A DNA stretch of 64,000 nucleotides from Spirochaetales bacterium (GCA_016929065.1 JAFGJO010000014.1:101-64100); one strand, 5' to 3'; positions 39,437 through 50,786 are shown, counted from the stretch's first letter. Notes: generated by a model not told the origin, from the letters alone. Numbers and translations: made by a program.

Positions 39437-41049
39437 GCAGTTGCACCTGCCGCAACAAGTTTCTGCGAATGGTGAACCACTTCGTCAAGCTTTTTCCCTA
39501 CTTTGCCTTTTTCCAATGCTTCTTTTGCCATGGCATACCCTGCCTTGATTGAGGCTGCTTTGCCCGCAATATACAGCGCAGCGCCGGCATTCAGGCAGAC
39601 TGCGTCTTTAATGGCTGGCCTCCCCTTTCCGGCCAGAAGATCCTTTGCAAGCTGTGCATTATCTGCCGGGGTCCCGCCGGCGAGGTCTTCTGTTGTGTGG
39701 CCGGAAATACCCGCTTCATCGGGTTTGAATAGATAGTCTTTCTTTTTTCCGTCTTCATGTATTTCCACAATCCGGGTCGGGGAAGAAACCGATATTTCGT
39801 CCATACCATCCTTCCCATGCACCACCATAACCCGCTTAACCCCCAAAAGCCGCGCAGCTTCCGCCATTTTCTCGCACAGCTCCTCGGTATAGACACCGAT
39901 CAGCTGGGATTCTGCCTCTGCGGGATTTGCCAGCGGCCCCAGGCAGTTCATGATTGTTTTCATCCCAAGCTCCTTGCGCGCCGGGCCGGCATAGCGCATG
40001 GAGCCATGATACACCGGTGCGAACAAAAACGTGAAGTTCGTATCGGCCAACAGCTGTTCTGCCTGCGAATAGGTCATGTTGATTGCAATTCCCAGCTGTG
40101 AGTAAAACTCGGCACTCCCTGATTTTGAAGAAGCTGCCCTGTTGCCGTGCTTGGCAACATCCACCCCGCAGCTTGCGGCAATGAGAGCGGAAAAGCTTGA
40201 AATGTTGAAAGTGTGCAGACCGTCGCCGCCGGTGCCGCAGGTATCGAGTGTCGGGCGGGCTGAATTGATGGCCTGTTTCTTGCGCTTCAATACAGAAGCA
40301 CATCCCGCAATCTCCTGCGGTGTGTAGCCTTTTATTGACAGGGCTACCAGAAAGGCGGTGATCTGGGAATTGTTGAGATTGCCGTCGGTTAATTCTTCCA
40401 TGAAGCCTGCTGCTTCCTCCTGGGTGAGGTCGTTTCCCGACATCACCTGTGAAAGCATGTGCTGTGCCGGATACGCATCCCGTTTGTAATGCAGAAAATT
40501 GGACAATAGTTTTTTGCCCGTCTCGGACGCGATTGACTCGGGATGAAACTGGACCCCTTCGATCATGTGTTCCCGATGCCGGACACCCATAATTTCCCCG
40601 TCATCGGCGACAGCGGTAATCTCGAATTCTGCCGGTAAAGTGTTCTTCACGATTGCAAGAGAGTGATACCGGGTAAACGTCGCCCGTTTGGGAAGATTCC
40701 GGAACAGCCCCTTGCCGTCGAGTGTCATCTCCTCGGCTTTGCCGTGGACAATCCTCCCGGCATTGGCGATTTGGGCACCAAAAGCATGGCCGATACTCTG
40801 ATGTCCCAGGCACACGCCCAGGATGGGTATTTTTCCCGCAAAGTGTTTGATCGCAGCCAGGGAAATCCCGGCATCCTCCGGCCGTCCCGGTCCCGGGGAA
40901 ATGATAATCCCGTCAGGATTCAACTTTACAATTTCTTCAACGGTAATCGTATCGTTGCGGTATACCACAATTTCTTCGTCGGTGATCTCGCAGAAATACT
41001 GATACAGGTTATACGTAAATGAATCGTAATTATCGATAATGATATACAT
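39433..41049 (-). CDS. trpGD: Bifunctional anthranilate synthase component II (GATase) / anthranilate phosphoribosyltransferase
   Basis: Start at [18 protein letters not shown] (GATase; [12 protein letters not shown]), C-terminal TrpD ([15 protein letters not shown]...[15 protein letters not shown]). Confidence 0.9.
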   Translation of the reverse strand: MYIIIDNYDSFTYNLYQYFCEITDEEIVVYRNDTITVEEIVKLNPDGIIISPGPGRPEDAGISLAAIKHFAGKIPILGVCLGHQSIGHAFGAQIANAGRIVHGKAEEMTLDGKGLFRNLPKRATFTRYHSLAIVKNTLPAEFEITAVADDGEIMGVRHREHMIEGVQFHPESIASETGKKLLSNFLHYKRDAYPAQHMLSQVMSGNDLTQEEAAGFMEELTDGNLNNSQITAFLVALSIKGYTPQEIAGCASVLKRKKQAINSARPTLDTCGTGGDGLHTFNISSFSALIAASCGVDVAKHGNRAASSKSGSAEFYSQLGIAINMTYSQAEQLLADTNFTFLFAPVYHGSMRYAGPARKELGMKTIMNCLGPLANPAEAESQLIGVYTEELCEKMAEAARLLGVKRVMVVHGKDGMDEISVSSPTRIVEIHEDGKKKDYLFKPDEAGISGHTTEDLAGGTPADNAQLAKDLLAGKGRPAIKDAVCLNAGAALYIAGKAASIKAGYAMAKEALEKGKVGKKLDEVVHHSQKLVAAGATA

Positions 41050-41050
41050 G

Positions 41051-42478
41051 CTATACCTCCACGCCCACGGCTTTTGCGAGAGCGCCCAGTTTATTCGATG
41101 TTTCTTCAAATTCCTTGTGCGGGAGGGAATCATACACTATCCCCGCGCCCGCCTGAAGTATCAAAAGATCGTTTTTTTTCATCGCACTGCGGATGACAAT
41201 ACAGGTATCGAGGTTTCCCCCCGGTTCAATATATCCCACAACCCCTGCATAAAACCGACGGCTGTGTTTTTCCAGGGCATCAATGATCTCAATAGCCTTG
41301 ATCTTTGGAGCCCCCGACACGGTCCCTGCCGGAAACGTCGCACGAAGCGCATCGAGCCCGGTCTTCCCTTCCTTCAGAATCCCCTCAACTTCTGAAACAA
41401 TATGCATCACATGAGAGTATTTCTCCAGGGCCATCATCTCTGTCGGCTGCACCGTTCCGGGCCGGCAAATTCGGCCAAGGTCGTTTCGGGCAAGATCAAC
41501 CAGCATCAAATGCTCTGCCCTTTCCTTTTCATCGGAAAGAAGATCCTTCTCAATTGCCTTTTCCTCTGCCTGTGTTTTTCCCCGTTTCCGGGTGCCGGCA
41601 AGCGGCCGGAGGATCGCCCGGTTGTTTTTCACTTTTACATGGACTTCCGGGGATGCCCCGAACAATTCGAACTCACCGCAATTAATATAAAACATATATG
41701 GTGATGGATTAAACGAACGCAGGTGACGGTATCCGTGAAAGGCCGGCATGGAAGTTTTAATATGCACGCGCCTGGAAAGCACTCCCTGCAGCAGATTCCC
41801 GCGGATAATTTCTTCGCGGACTTTTTCCACACCGCGCATATAGATTGTTTCCTCATCCGGGGAATCGATCACCTCTGCCGGAAATTCCTCGACCGAGGTC
41901 TGCATAAAATTGAAATCCAGATCGTTCAGGCGTTTCTCTATTTTTTGGATGGCCTTTTTCAGATCGATCTCCGCCTCTTTGTAGTTCAAGCCGACAATGG
42001 TGATGGTATCGGTATAATGATCGAAGATGAGAAAAATATGCCCCAAAATAAACAGGGCATCGGGCAAATCCAGTTCATCGGTTTTGGCCGTGAGCTTTAT
42101 GGTGTCAAAACGGGCGCAGTATTCATAGGAAAGATAGCCCAGCCCGCCGGCAGGGAGCGGAAACTCGCGTTCCACACCCGCATGCTGGTTTGCAAAATAT
42201 AACAGCACATCGAGGATATCCTTGCCGGTTTTCAGCCTGAAGCGCTTTCCGCTTTTATCCATGAAAATATCATCTCCCTGCTGAATGATTTTCGCAGCCT
42301 CTTCCACCAAAAGAATCGAGTACCGGTCCTTTCCCCGTTCAAGTGAGGCCGATTCCAAAAGTACTTTGGCCGAAAGCTTCTCTGCCAATGAATACGGGGT
42401 AAACCGCTCACCGGCGACGATTTTCATCATGCCGTTTTTAAAACTTATATAATCTGATTCCACAACAACTCCTTTCAT
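41051..42478 (-). CDS. trpE: Anthranilate synthase component I
   Basis: [16 protein letters not shown]-terminal chorismate-binding (GTRKRGKT...[12 protein letters not shown]...GAPK). Start uncertain: ATG 42478, GTG ~42463 with AAAGGAG RBS, or ATGATG 42430. Stop is TAG. Confidence 0.85.
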   Translation of the reverse strand: MKGVVVESDYISFKNGMMKIVAGERFTPYSLAEKLSAKVLLESASLERGKDRYSILLVEEAAKIIQQGDDIFMDKSGKRFRLKTGKDILDVLLYFANQHAGVEREFPLPAGGLGYLSYEYCARFDTIKLTAKTDELDLPDALFILGHIFLIFDHYTDTITIVGLNYKEAEIDLKKAIQKIEKRLNDLDFNFMQTSVEEFPAEVIDSPDEETIYMRGVEKVREEIIRGNLLQGVLSRRVHIKTSMPAFHGYRHLRSFNPSPYMFYINCGEFELFGASPEVHVKVKNNRAILRPLAGTRKRGKTQAEEKAIEKDLLSDEKERAEHLMLVDLARNDLGRICRPGTVQPTEMMALEKYSHVMHIVSEVEGILKEGKTGLDALRATFPAGTVSGAPKIKAIEIIDALEKHSRRFYAGVVGYIEPGGNLDTCIVIRSAMKKNDLLILQAGAGIVYDSLPHKEFEETSNKLGALAKAVGVEV

Positions 42479-42495
42479 GTCATGTCTTGCCGTAT

Positions 42496-42536
42496 ATAAT
42501 AAAAAAGCCGCACGGCCCTGTACTGCCCTGCGGCGG
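42496..42536 (-). terminator. Terminator-like hairpin plus U-tract in trpE leader (candidate attenuator)
   Basis: Minus strand reads CCGCCGCAGGGCAGTACAGGGCCGTGCGGC-UUUUUUAUUAUAUA ~40 nt upstream of trpE. Confidence 0.3.
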
Positions 42537-42643
42537 AATATCCCGGAGGCATCGGCTATAATAGTTTCACCGAAGTCCCGCAAATCTGATCTTCGGTTAT
42601 GTGGTGCACCGCCATGTTGCAAATTCAACAATATTTATTTTCA

Positions 42644-42667
42644 GGTGTTTCTCCATGGAGAAACACC
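42644..42667. promoter_or_regulatory. 24-bp perfect palindrome GGTGTTTCTCCATGGAGAAACACC in trpE / membrane-protein divergent region
   Basis: Seen directly; centred on CCATGG; candidate dimeric regulator site. Confidence 0.3.
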
Positions 42668-42780
42668 ATATCAGATCATTTTTTTATTGTCAAGCAGGAA
42701 TAGATTTTTTTGAAATCCGGTGTGGATTTTCATCGCCTCCTGTGTTATTATTATAGCTATGAATGAAAGGATGACACCTT

Positions 42781-43270
42781 GATGAACAGGAAAATCATGC
42801 TTCTGCTGCTGGGAATCATTTCCTTCAATACAATCATGTATTCCGAAACGAAAGACATTTCATTTCAACCATTTTCTATATCATTGCTGTCTCCTGCAAC
42901 GGCAAATAAACCGGTACCGATGGCAGACGAAGAGAGAAGCGCCCCCCTCCAGAATGCCTGTTCATGTTTTTGTACAGGGTCTTCCATTTCCCTCATTTCT
43001 ACGGGAATAGGATCTCTGGTCCTTGGCATTGTTATGCTGATTTTCAATGGATCCGATCCAGATTTATTTTTTACAATAATGGGACCGGCGGCGGTTGTTT
43101 CCGGCGGCTTTTTCCTTGTCATAGGAATCTTCATCGGTCGTCATACTCTTTCACAACCATCACCATCTGATAAAGAAAAGGAACTGCTTACACTCCGGGA
43201 AGCGGAAAAAGGGACAAGACCCTATATCATACCCGGTCTCAACGGAATACGCCTTGGGGCGAAGTTTTGA
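42781..43270 (+). CDS. Hypothetical membrane protein (N-terminal signal/TM plus central TM helices)
   Basis: ORF with AAAGGA RBS; hydrophobic stretches LISTGIGSLVLGIVMLIF and AAVVSGGFFLVIGIFIG. Confidence 0.4.
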
Positions 43271-43329
43271 GACCCGTTTTCGCACCAGATAAAACGGCAC
43301 ATATACGGTAAATATTATCCCATTTCTCT

Positions 43330-43359
43330 TTGACACGAATTAAAAAAAAGAGCTATAAT
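43330..43359 (+). promoter_or_regulatory. Near-consensus sigma70 promoter TTGACA-18 nt-TATAAT
   Basis: ctctTTGACAcgaattaaaaaaaagagcTATAATagat ~35 nt upstream of ORF 43395. Confidence 0.4.
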
Positions 43360-43394
43360 AGATAAGCATTTTATGAAACTGGGAGGGTTCTGCT

Positions 43395-43946
43395 ATGCAA
43401 ATATTTCCATCACAAGAAACCGATCCTCTTGAACGCTCAATCAAGGAAAACAAGGCCGGTAAGGCGAAAACAATAGACACAGCCGGGAAATCCGCGGCAA
43501 AAACTTCCGAAGAACCGGTTATCGACCATACCGATGCGAACATGTCTTCCGGGAGAATGACACTGCGCATTCAGCGGACTATCAGCGGGTTCAACGAGCT
43601 CTACTCTGCACTCAAAAATACCGAAAACCCCGATGACAAGAACAGCGCATTGAAAACCATTATTTCCCAGACCCGTTTTCAGAATGAACAGATCCTCAGG
43701 GAGTACGAACCGCAGCTTCTGGAAATTGTCCGCGATAATGACCTTCACCGTCTGCTTCGGCTCACGGAAGACACAAAAAAGCAGCTGCATCAGTATGCAA
43801 AAAACGAAACAATTTCCGAAAATCTCGCGGCAGTTGAATCACAAAATCCCGAATCGCTGGTCCAAAGCATTACCGCGACACTGCGCAGAAAAGGGCTTCC
43901 CGAACTCAACATTGAACGTACGCGGATCATGGATTTGCTCCGGTAA
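43395..43946 (+). CDS. Hypothetical protein (183 aa), acidic N-terminus, helical
   Basis: GGGAGGG RBS; no recognisable domain. Confidence 0.4.
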   Translation: MQIFPSQETDPLERSIKENKAGKAKTIDTAGKSAAKTSEEPVIDHTDANMSSGRMTLRIQRTISGFNELYSALKNTENPDDKNSALKTIISQTRFQNEQILREYEPQLLEIVRDNDLHRLLRLTEDTKKQLHQYAKNETISENLAAVESQNPESLVQSITATLRRKGLPELNIERTRIMDLLR

Positions 43947-43970
43947 TTCTACTGTATCTCTGACATATTC

Positions 43971-46574
43971 TCAGGAATCCTGGTTTTCCAGTTCGTCCTG
44001 CCATAATGCCAGCAAATTAATCGCATCAATCGGTTTGAGTTCTTCAATCGAAAGCCCTTTTATTGACTCAATAATAAGCTCCTCCGGTTTGAACAGCTGC
44101 GGCTGTTGTTTGGGCGGCCGGACATGCGTCACCACAGGGGCTTTCCGGGAATCCGCAGGGCCTGCCCCTGGATTCTCCTGAAACGCATATGCCGTCTGTA
44201 TCACCTCTGCCGGCAGTCCTGCGATCTCTGCGACATGAATACCATAGGAACTGTCTGCCGGCCCATCCTTTATCTTTTTCAGGAAAACAATTGTGTCATC
44301 CCTTTCTGCAACAGCGAAAGATAAATTCCGCATGAGCGGGTGCGAAATCCCCGACAGTTCATGAAAGTGCGTTGCAAAAAGGGTTTTCGCTGATATCTTT
44401 TCCAGAATATACATCGAGACTGCCCAGGCAATGGCAAGCCCGTCGTTTGTGCTGGTGCCCCGTCCGACCTCATCCATAATAATAAGGCTCCTGCTGGTCG
44501 CCTGCCGCAGGATATGGGCGGTCTCATTCATCTCAGACAGAAAGGTTGATTCACCGCGCGCAATATTGTCGCTGGACCCCACACGGCAGAATATTTTGTC
44601 GACAATGCCGATGTTTGCTTCGTCAGCAGGGACAAAGGAGCCGATCTGCGCCATAAGCGTAATGAGAGCGGTCTGGCGAAGATAGGTTGACTTCCCGGCC
44701 ATATTCGGGCCTGTAAGGAGAATAAAATTGCCGGTTTCGTTGTCCAGAAAAACATCATTCGGTACAAATGTCCCGGCGGGCAGGTATGTTTCCACAACAG
44801 GATGACGTCCGTTTTTAATAGTGATCGTGCTGTGCTTTCCCACTCTGGGGCACACATATCCATTGATTGTTGCGGCATATGCAAATGACTGATACACATC
44901 CATTTCGGCGGTACAATCGCCTATTTCCCGGAACACACCAATCGCCTGTTTCACCTGATCGCGTATTTTCAAAAACAGTTCCCGTTCCAACTCGACAATC
45001 CTTTCCGAGGCTGAATTGATCTCTGTTTCGCGGTCAATAAGTACCTGCGTGGTAAACCTTTCCCCGCCGACAAGAGACTGCCGCCTGGAAAAATGCTGCG
45101 GTATCAGATGCAGATTCGGCTTTGAGACCTCCAGAAAATACCCGATGATCTTGTTGTACCGAAGTTTCAGCGAATTAATACCAGTGGCAGTTCGTTCTGC
45201 CTCCAGATATTTTTTCAATATTTCTTTTGCATTGTCCCGTATTGTCCGCAGGCGGTCGAGTTCTTCGTCAAATCCGTCACGGATGATTCCGCCTTCGGTA
45301 AGCAATACTGAAGGATCATCCAGTATCCCCCTGTCAATGGAATCAGCGAGTGTGTTCATGGCAGCAGCATGGGTGTCATAGAGCTGCATAAACCGTTGGA
45401 GTCTGCAATCACTGCCCAAAAGAATGCCCAGTTCCAATACCGCGGTCAATGTCCGTTTGATCGCAACGAGGTCTTTTGCGTGCGCCCGGTCCATCGCAGT
45501 CCTGGCGGCAAGCCGTTCAATATCCAGCAGATTGCCCAGCAGTTCTCTCACTTCTGAAAGTTTTTTCTGGTTGTGGTAAAAATAATCTACTGCTTGTTGT
45601 CTGTCTGTTATTTCTTTTGGGTCAACCAGCGGGCTCAATATCCAGGTGTACAACTTTCGGGACCCCATTGCTGATTTAGCATGATTCAATACCTCCAAAA
45701 GAGAATAGCGTCTGCTGTTGTCTGAAATGTTTCTTACCAGTTCAAGATTCTTTTGTGTTGCTTCATCCAATGCAACAAAACTGTTATATGCATACACGGT
45801 GATACTGCTGATATGTCCGAGCATATTTTTTGAAGTGTCTTCAAGGTATGAAAGCACAGCGCCGGCGCTGATAACTTCCGGGGAATTTTCAGCAAGCCCG
45901 AATCCTTTCAGGTTGGCTACTTTGAGCTGCTTTTTCAGCCGCTCAGCTGTAGATTCCGCATCAAAATACCATACAGGAAAACGGTTGATGAAAATTCCCT
46001 CTTTTTCCAGAAGCAGCCTTTGAATGACGGGATCCGATTCATAGAGATCCTCGCTGATGATAACCTCCCGGGGAGAAAGGCGGTACAGTTCGCTTTTCAG
46101 CTGTTCTTCACGTTCATCAGCCTCGAAGGAGGTAACACAGAATTCAGCAGTGGAAAGATCAATATAGGAAAATGATATCCTGTTTTTCATTGCTGCGATG
46201 GCGACAAGATAGTTGTTCAGGCTGCGGTCAAGCATTTTTTCATCAACCAGGGTTCCCGGTGTGATGACTTCCACAACTTCACGTGTTGCAATGCCTTTGC
46301 CGTCAGCAGGCAGCTGTGTCTGTTCACAGACCGCGATCTTCTTGCCCGCCTTGATCAGCCGCTGAATATATGCCGATGCAGCATGATAGGGGATCCCGCA
46401 CATGGGAATACCATGTCTCTGGGTGAGCGTGAGATCCAGGATATGTGAGGCCTCCCTGGCATCAGATTCGAACATTTCATAAAAATCCCCGAGCCGGAAG
46501 AACAAAATGGCATCCGAGTGGTTTCGTTTAATTTTTTTATATTGTATCATCATGGGTGTTGTAGCTTTGGCCAT
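43971..46574 (-). CDS. mutS: DNA mismatch repair protein MutS
   Basis: N-terminal mismatch-binding TPMMIQY...GDFYEMF, Walker A GPNMAGKSTYLRQ, DE(V)GRGTST. Confidence 0.9.
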   Translation of the reverse strand: MAKATTPMMIQYKKIKRNHSDAILFFRLGDFYEMFESDAREASHILDLTLTQRHGIPMCGIPYHAASAYIQRLIKAGKKIAVCEQTQLPADGKGIATREVVEVITPGTLVDEKMLDRSLNNYLVAIAAMKNRISFSYIDLSTAEFCVTSFEADEREEQLKSELYRLSPREVIISEDLYESDPVIQRLLLEKEGIFINRFPVWYFDAESTAERLKKQLKVANLKGFGLAENSPEVISAGAVLSYLEDTSKNMLGHISSITVYAYNSFVALDEATQKNLELVRNISDNSRRYSLLEVLNHAKSAMGSRKLYTWILSPLVDPKEITDRQQAVDYFYHNQKKLSEVRELLGNLLDIERLAARTAMDRAHAKDLVAIKRTLTAVLELGILLGSDCRLQRFMQLYDTHAAAMNTLADSIDRGILDDPSVLLTEGGIIRDGFDEELDRLRTIRDNAKEILKKYLEAERTATGINSLKLRYNKIIGYFLEVSKPNLHLIPQHFSRRQSLVGGERFTTQVLIDRETEINSASERIVELERELFLKIRDQVKQAIGVFREIGDCTAEMDVYQSFAYAATINGYVCPRVGKHSTITIKNGRHPVVETYLPAGTFVPNDVFLDNETGNFILLTGPNMAGKSTYLRQTALITLMAQIGSFVPADEANIGIVDKIFCRVGSSDNIARGESTFLSEMNETAHILRQATSRSLIIMDEVGRGTSTNDGLAIAWAVSMYILEKISAKTLFATHFHELSGISHPLMRNLSFAVAERDDTIVFLKKIKDGPADSSYGIHVAEIAGLPAEVIQTAYAFQENPGAGPADSRKAPVVTHVRPPKQQPQLFKPEELIIESIKGLSIEELKPIDAINLLALWQDELENQDS

Positions 46575-46689
46575 AAAATGATTATATTTAGATTAATGAT
46601 AACAGACAATATGTCCCCTGTGTTCATTCAAAAAAAAGGAGGCATGCAATACCCGGGAATTTGAAATCATTTCCGGTGAATATATAGTT

Positions 46690-47238
46690 ATGACGACATC
46701 GCTGCTCTACCAGGAAGAAACCGGGAAAATATATATCCGGGCAATCGGAAGAATGACCGCCAATCTATGCCACGGACTTCGTGAAAAAGTTTTTTCCCGT
46801 CTCGACAATACACCGAAAATTCACGACATCTTTGTTGATTTGTCGCAATGTGACTACATGGACTCCACCTTTATGGGGATCCTGATTGGGATAAACAAAC
46901 AACTAAAGGAGTTATCCGGCAAGGGCATAACGGTAGTATGCCCAACCGATGAATGTAATTCTCTTTTTGCAGGCCTGAATATTATCCGGCTCCTTCACAT
47001 CGATACCAACCGGAAAGATTTCCCGGATTTAATGGAAGAAATTGATGATCGGCTGCGACCGAGCGCAGAGGTTCTGCTCCATGCCCACGAAGACCTCATT
47101 GATATTTCCGAAAACAATGCAATCAAATTCAAGATTCTCAAGGAGCAACTGGAGAAAAAAGTTGAAATGGAAAAAAAACAGCGTGAAGAGAATGCTGCCA
47201 ATTTAAAGGAGCCTGAAGACTCCGGGGATGATACCTGA
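46690..47238 (+). CDS. STAS-domain protein with C-terminal charged/coiled extension
   Basis: IFVDLSQCDYMDSTFMGILIGINKQLKELSGKGITVV resembles SpoIIAA-like antagonists. Confidence 0.55.
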   Translation: MTTSLLYQEETGKIYIRAIGRMTANLCHGLREKVFSRLDNTPKIHDIFVDLSQCDYMDSTFMGILIGINKQLKELSGKGITVVCPTDECNSLFAGLNIIRLLHIDTNRKDFPDLMEEIDDRLRPSAEVLLHAHEDLIDISENNAIKFKILKEQLEKKVEMEKKQREENAANLKEPEDSGDDT

Positions 47239-47245
47239 TACATAA

Positions 47246-47659
47246 TCATGTATTCTGTGTTTCCAGGTATCCTTTTAAAATAACCGCTGCTGCGATCATA
47301 TCCACTTTACCTTTTGATGATTTTCTGGTTTTTCCGAATTGATACAAAACTTCTTCTGCCGCCTCGCTGGAATAGCGCTCATCAAAAAGTTCGCAGAAAA
47401 TGCCCTTTGCTTCCAGTTTCTGCATGAATGAACGGGCACGGAAACACCCCGGAGACTCTGATCCATCTTGATTCAGAGGAAGTCCAATCACCATTTTTTC
47501 AATATTTTTTTCCCGTATAAGGGACTGAATGGCTGTGATGAGTTTTTCATCGCCTTTATACGGAATTGTCTGGAAGGGTGAGGCGATTATTTTTGCTTCA
47601 TCGGAAAGGGCAATTCCAATACGTTTCGTCCCCAGATCTATTGCACACAGTCTTCCCAT
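47246..47659 (-). CDS. ruvX: Holliday-junction resolvase-like YqgF/RuvX
   Basis: MGRLCAIDLGTKRIGIALSD ... KMVIGLPLNQDGSES ... AAAVILKGYLE. Confidence 0.8.
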   Translation of the reverse strand: MGRLCAIDLGTKRIGIALSDEAKIIASPFQTIPYKGDEKLITAIQSLIREKNIEKMVIGLPLNQDGSESPGCFRARSFMQKLEAKGIFCELFDERYSSEAAEEVLYQFGKTRKSSKGKVDMIAAAVILKGYLETQNT

Positions 47660-47725
47660 ACGTTCATTCAAAAAAAAGGGGCCTGGACGTGAATTCCCCG
47701 TTCACCCCCCCCAACTTTTTTTGCC

Positions 47726-48244
47726 CTACCTTCTGATATATTCAAGGACATCTTCGGTAATATCAATATCCTTTGAATAATACACGATTGAGGTATCATC
47801 ATGTTTCAATATAAGCGAATAAGAATCCCTCACTGCTACTGCGGCAATTGCCCGTTGTACTTTAATAAAAAAGTCATCGGTTTTACCGAAATTGTCATAC
47901 ATGCTCTTATAGCGGTCGTATTGTGTTTTATAATACTGCTTCCGGTATTCAATCTTTTTATCAATTTCTTTTTCATACTGAAGCGCTTTCAGGTCATCTC
48001 CCTGTTCTTTTGAACTTTTCATTTGCTTTTCAAGTTCAGAAATTTCCTTGCTTGCTTTCTCGAGTTCTTTTTCAGTATTCGCCCAGAATTCCTGCAGTTC
48101 ACGGATTGCTTTTGAATCCTTGTAAAATGCTGTCACGATCTGTCCCAAATCCACGACACCGACCTTGGTCAGTTGTTCAGCTGAAAGCTGGGAAAGGGAA
48201 AAACAAATCAACAGTAAAACAAAAATTATTCTTAAAGATGGCAT
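47726..48244 (-). CDS. skp: Periplasmic chaperone Skp/OmpH family
   Basis: Signal peptide, coiled-coil rich (KELEKASKEISELEKQMKSSKEQ), immediately downstream of bamA. Confidence 0.6.
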   Translation of the reverse strand: MPSLRIIFVLLLICFSLSQLSAEQLTKVGVVDLGQIVTAFYKDSKAIRELQEFWANTEKELEKASKEISELEKQMKSSKEQGDDLKALQYEKEIDKKIEYRKQYYKTQYDRYKSMYDNFGKTDDFFIKVQRAIAAVAVRDSYSLILKHDDTSIVYYSKDIDITEDVLEYIRR

Positions 48245-48290
48245 ATTGTCTACCTCCTTACAGCCATAAACAAAAAATCATTCTTTATCC

Positions 48291-50786
48291 TCAAAACGGG
48301 TTAATGTCAACAGCAAAAACAAAGTCCAGGTCAAATCCATCCCAGAAAGTAATTCCGCCCTGCTGCCATTCCCATTGCCCTTCCGAGAATTTTCCGCGTT
48401 TTGCAAAATACAGCCGAATCGGCAGTCCCGGAACAGTAATACGCAGTCCTGTTCCAAATGAAAAGTAAAAATCTTCCGGCTGCATTTCTGTCATGTCGGA
48501 AACTGTCGGCCACAAGGCAACTGCGTCCGCAAAAAACACTGTCCACCAGATTCCATCTTCGATAAGCGGCATGCGGATTTCAAACTTGTTGTCCCACATC
48601 GCTTCACCCCTGAAACGAAGTGACCACCAGCCCCGGCCGATCTGCATCCCGTCGATGCGGTAATTGTCTTCCTCAACACTCACTTTATCTCCGAATACCG
48701 GCGGTAATAAAAATGACACCTGTGAGTGCAGGGCCATAATCCACTTGAACCGCCAGTCATCGCCGACCGGAATATCAAAAAGCCGGACATACACTTCAGC
48801 TTCAGTGATCAGCCGTGTGTAATGACGGCTGCCGGACAAAAACGCGCCGGTAAATCCCACATATTGCGAAAGAAAATATCCTGTTTCAGGGTTGCTGGGA
48901 ATATCAAGATTGTTCAGCGTAAGAGTGATCCCCAACCGGTTAATAAACTGCCATTGATCAAGCTCGGAACGAAGCAGATTGGAAAACGGCCTGTTAATCG
49001 ACGGATCCCAGGTAACGTATGAAATGGTCATTGACGGTTCAGCTTTGATCGAAATCAACCCTGCCTCGGTAGCAATGCCATATCCGCCGATGAGGCCGAG
49101 AATGAATTTCACACTGTCATATTTCATTAAATATGCCTCAGGGATCCCCTGCCCGTTTGCAATTGCAGCCTCATATTCATCCCATGAATTGAAGGGATCA
49201 GGCGCTGCGTAATCTTCATCACCGTTAAACATCGGCCATAAAATATCCTGGGGCACATTTTGCACTTCTTCATGTTTGAAGGAAAGATTGATCCCGCCGG
49301 TAATCCGCTGGTTAAACATCCAGTTATCCTGATAAAACAACGACACACCCTGCTCGATGGGAGTGACATTCAGGTTTATCCCGGTCGTTACACCAGCCCC
49401 GAGAAAGTTCTTGTCGTATAAGTTCCCGTACAACGATACAGGGAAATCCCCCGGCATAATTGTCCCGCCGACTTCAATCTGTGCAGTCCTCTCTTCCTCT
49501 ACAGTGATGATTACATCGATAAGACCCTCGGCGCTGCCGGGAACCGGCTCGATGAGGGTATTCCGTGAGAAAAAACCGGTACGCAGCAGGTTCATGTATC
49601 CCATCTGGATTTTTGCAACGTTGAACACATCCCCCTCTTCAAAGGGAAGCTCCCGCCTGATAATGGACTCTTTGGTTTTGGTATTTCCCTGGATAATCAC
49701 CTTCCCGATATGGGACCGGTCGCCTTCAGTAATCTTTATCTCGAATGATATTTCTTTTTTCCCTTCATCAATCGTATCTTGGGGGACAATTTGGGTTGTC
49801 ACATATCCATTATTGTAATACAAGCTTGTACATTTTTGGAAATCTTCCTTGAATTTCTTCCCGCTGAATATATCCCCGCTTTTCTGTCTGAAAAAACCCA
49901 GAATCTGTTCGGCGTCAAACACCTTGTTCCCGGAAACTGTAATGCCTCCAAAAGTATATTGGGTCCCCTCAGTTATATACAGGGTTAAAATGATATACTT
50001 GCGGTTTTCCTTTTCATTTATTTCAATTTGCCGGTCGATTTTATCAACCACTGCCTTGACATAACCATTCTCACCATAATACTCGGAGATCGCCCGCACG
50101 TCTTCTTGTAGAAGGGATTCGATAAAATCACCGCTTACAAATAACGCCGGTTCCCGGGTCTTCATGAGGCCTTTCAGTGTTCCCTCCGACGCAAAACTGT
50201 TTCCGGAAAACTGTATCTTCTTCACAGTGGATTTCGGCCCCTCATTAATGGTAAAAATGATTTCTGTCTCATTTGTTTTTTCTTTTTTTACTATTTCGTG
50301 GGTCGCTGCTGTATCCAGAAATCCCTTGCTTCTGTACAAGGTGACAATGGCCTCAATATCCTTTTTTATCAGCGGTTCATTAAAGACGCTCCCCGTCTTG
50401 GAGAGCACAACGTCATTAAGGTCGGAATCACTTAAATTTGAGTTTCCCTTGTAGCGGATTGCAGAAACAATAGCCCGCTCCTTGACCGTGAACCGGATTA
50501 TAACAGATGTTTTGGTATCATCCGCTTCGACCGCATCAGCTGCCACGCTTTCAAAATATTCGAGCGCATAGAGCCGGTTCTGGATTTCCCAGTATAAATC
50601 ATAGGTAAATTCCTTGCCCAGATAGCTTTGAATAATTGCCCTCACTTCCTGCTCTGAAACAGCCTGAAGACCAATAAATTCAAAATCGATGATAGGTTTC
50701 CCCAAAAACCAGGTATCGCCACTCTGGGCGAATACAACACCGGACACGAGTCCAAGGAATATAATAATACACAATATTTTTTTCAT
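48291..50786 (-). CDS. bamA: Outer-membrane protein assembly factor BamA (POTRA repeats + 16-strand barrel)
   Basis: Start MKKILCIIIFLGL signal peptide; POTRA-like repeats; C-terminal beta-barrel ending in aromatic residue (...INPF). Confidence 0.85.
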   Translation of the reverse strand: MKKILCIIIFLGLVSGVVFAQSGDTWFLGKPIIDFEFIGLQAVSEQEVRAIIQSYLGKEFTYDLYWEIQNRLYALEYFESVAADAVEADDTKTSVIIRFTVKERAIVSAIRYKGNSNLSDSDLNDVVLSKTGSVFNEPLIKKDIEAIVTLYRSKGFLDTAATHEIVKKEKTNETEIIFTINEGPKSTVKKIQFSGNSFASEGTLKGLMKTREPALFVSGDFIESLLQEDVRAISEYYGENGYVKAVVDKIDRQIEINEKENRKYIILTLYITEGTQYTFGGITVSGNKVFDAEQILGFFRQKSGDIFSGKKFKEDFQKCTSLYYNNGYVTTQIVPQDTIDEGKKEISFEIKITEGDRSHIGKVIIQGNTKTKESIIRRELPFEEGDVFNVAKIQMGYMNLLRTGFFSRNTLIEPVPGSAEGLIDVIITVEEERTAQIEVGGTIMPGDFPVSLYGNLYDKNFLGAGVTTGINLNVTPIEQGVSLFYQDNWMFNQRITGGINLSFKHEEVQNVPQDILWPMFNGDEDYAAPDPFNSWDEYEAAIANGQGIPEAYLMKYDSVKFILGLIGGYGIATEAGLISIKAEPSMTISYVTWDPSINRPFSNLLRSELDQWQFINRLGITLTLNNLDIPSNPETGYFLSQYVGFTGAFLSGSRHYTRLITEAEVYVRLFDIPVGDDWRFKWIMALHSQVSFLLPPVFGDKVSVEEDNYRIDGMQIGRGWWSLRFRGEAMWDNKFEIRMPLIEDGIWWTVFFADAVALWPTVSDMTEMQPEDFYFSFGTGLRITVPGLPIRLYFAKRGKFSEGQWEWQQGGITFWDGFDLDFVFAVDINPF

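Noticed and set aside
42540-42640. T-box riboswitch in the trpE leader
   Set aside because: No recognisable T-box consensus (AAUUAGGGUGGUACCGCG-like) or specifier-loop architecture; attenuator/palindrome interpretation kept instead at low confidence.
46622-47679. Exact 18-nt repeat GTTCATTCAAAAAAAAGG at 46622-46639 and 47662-47679, upstream of mutS/STAS and ruvX
   Set aside because: It is dominated by an A-tract and sits at different distances from the start codons (-48 vs -3); it is likely coincidental low-complexity similarity.
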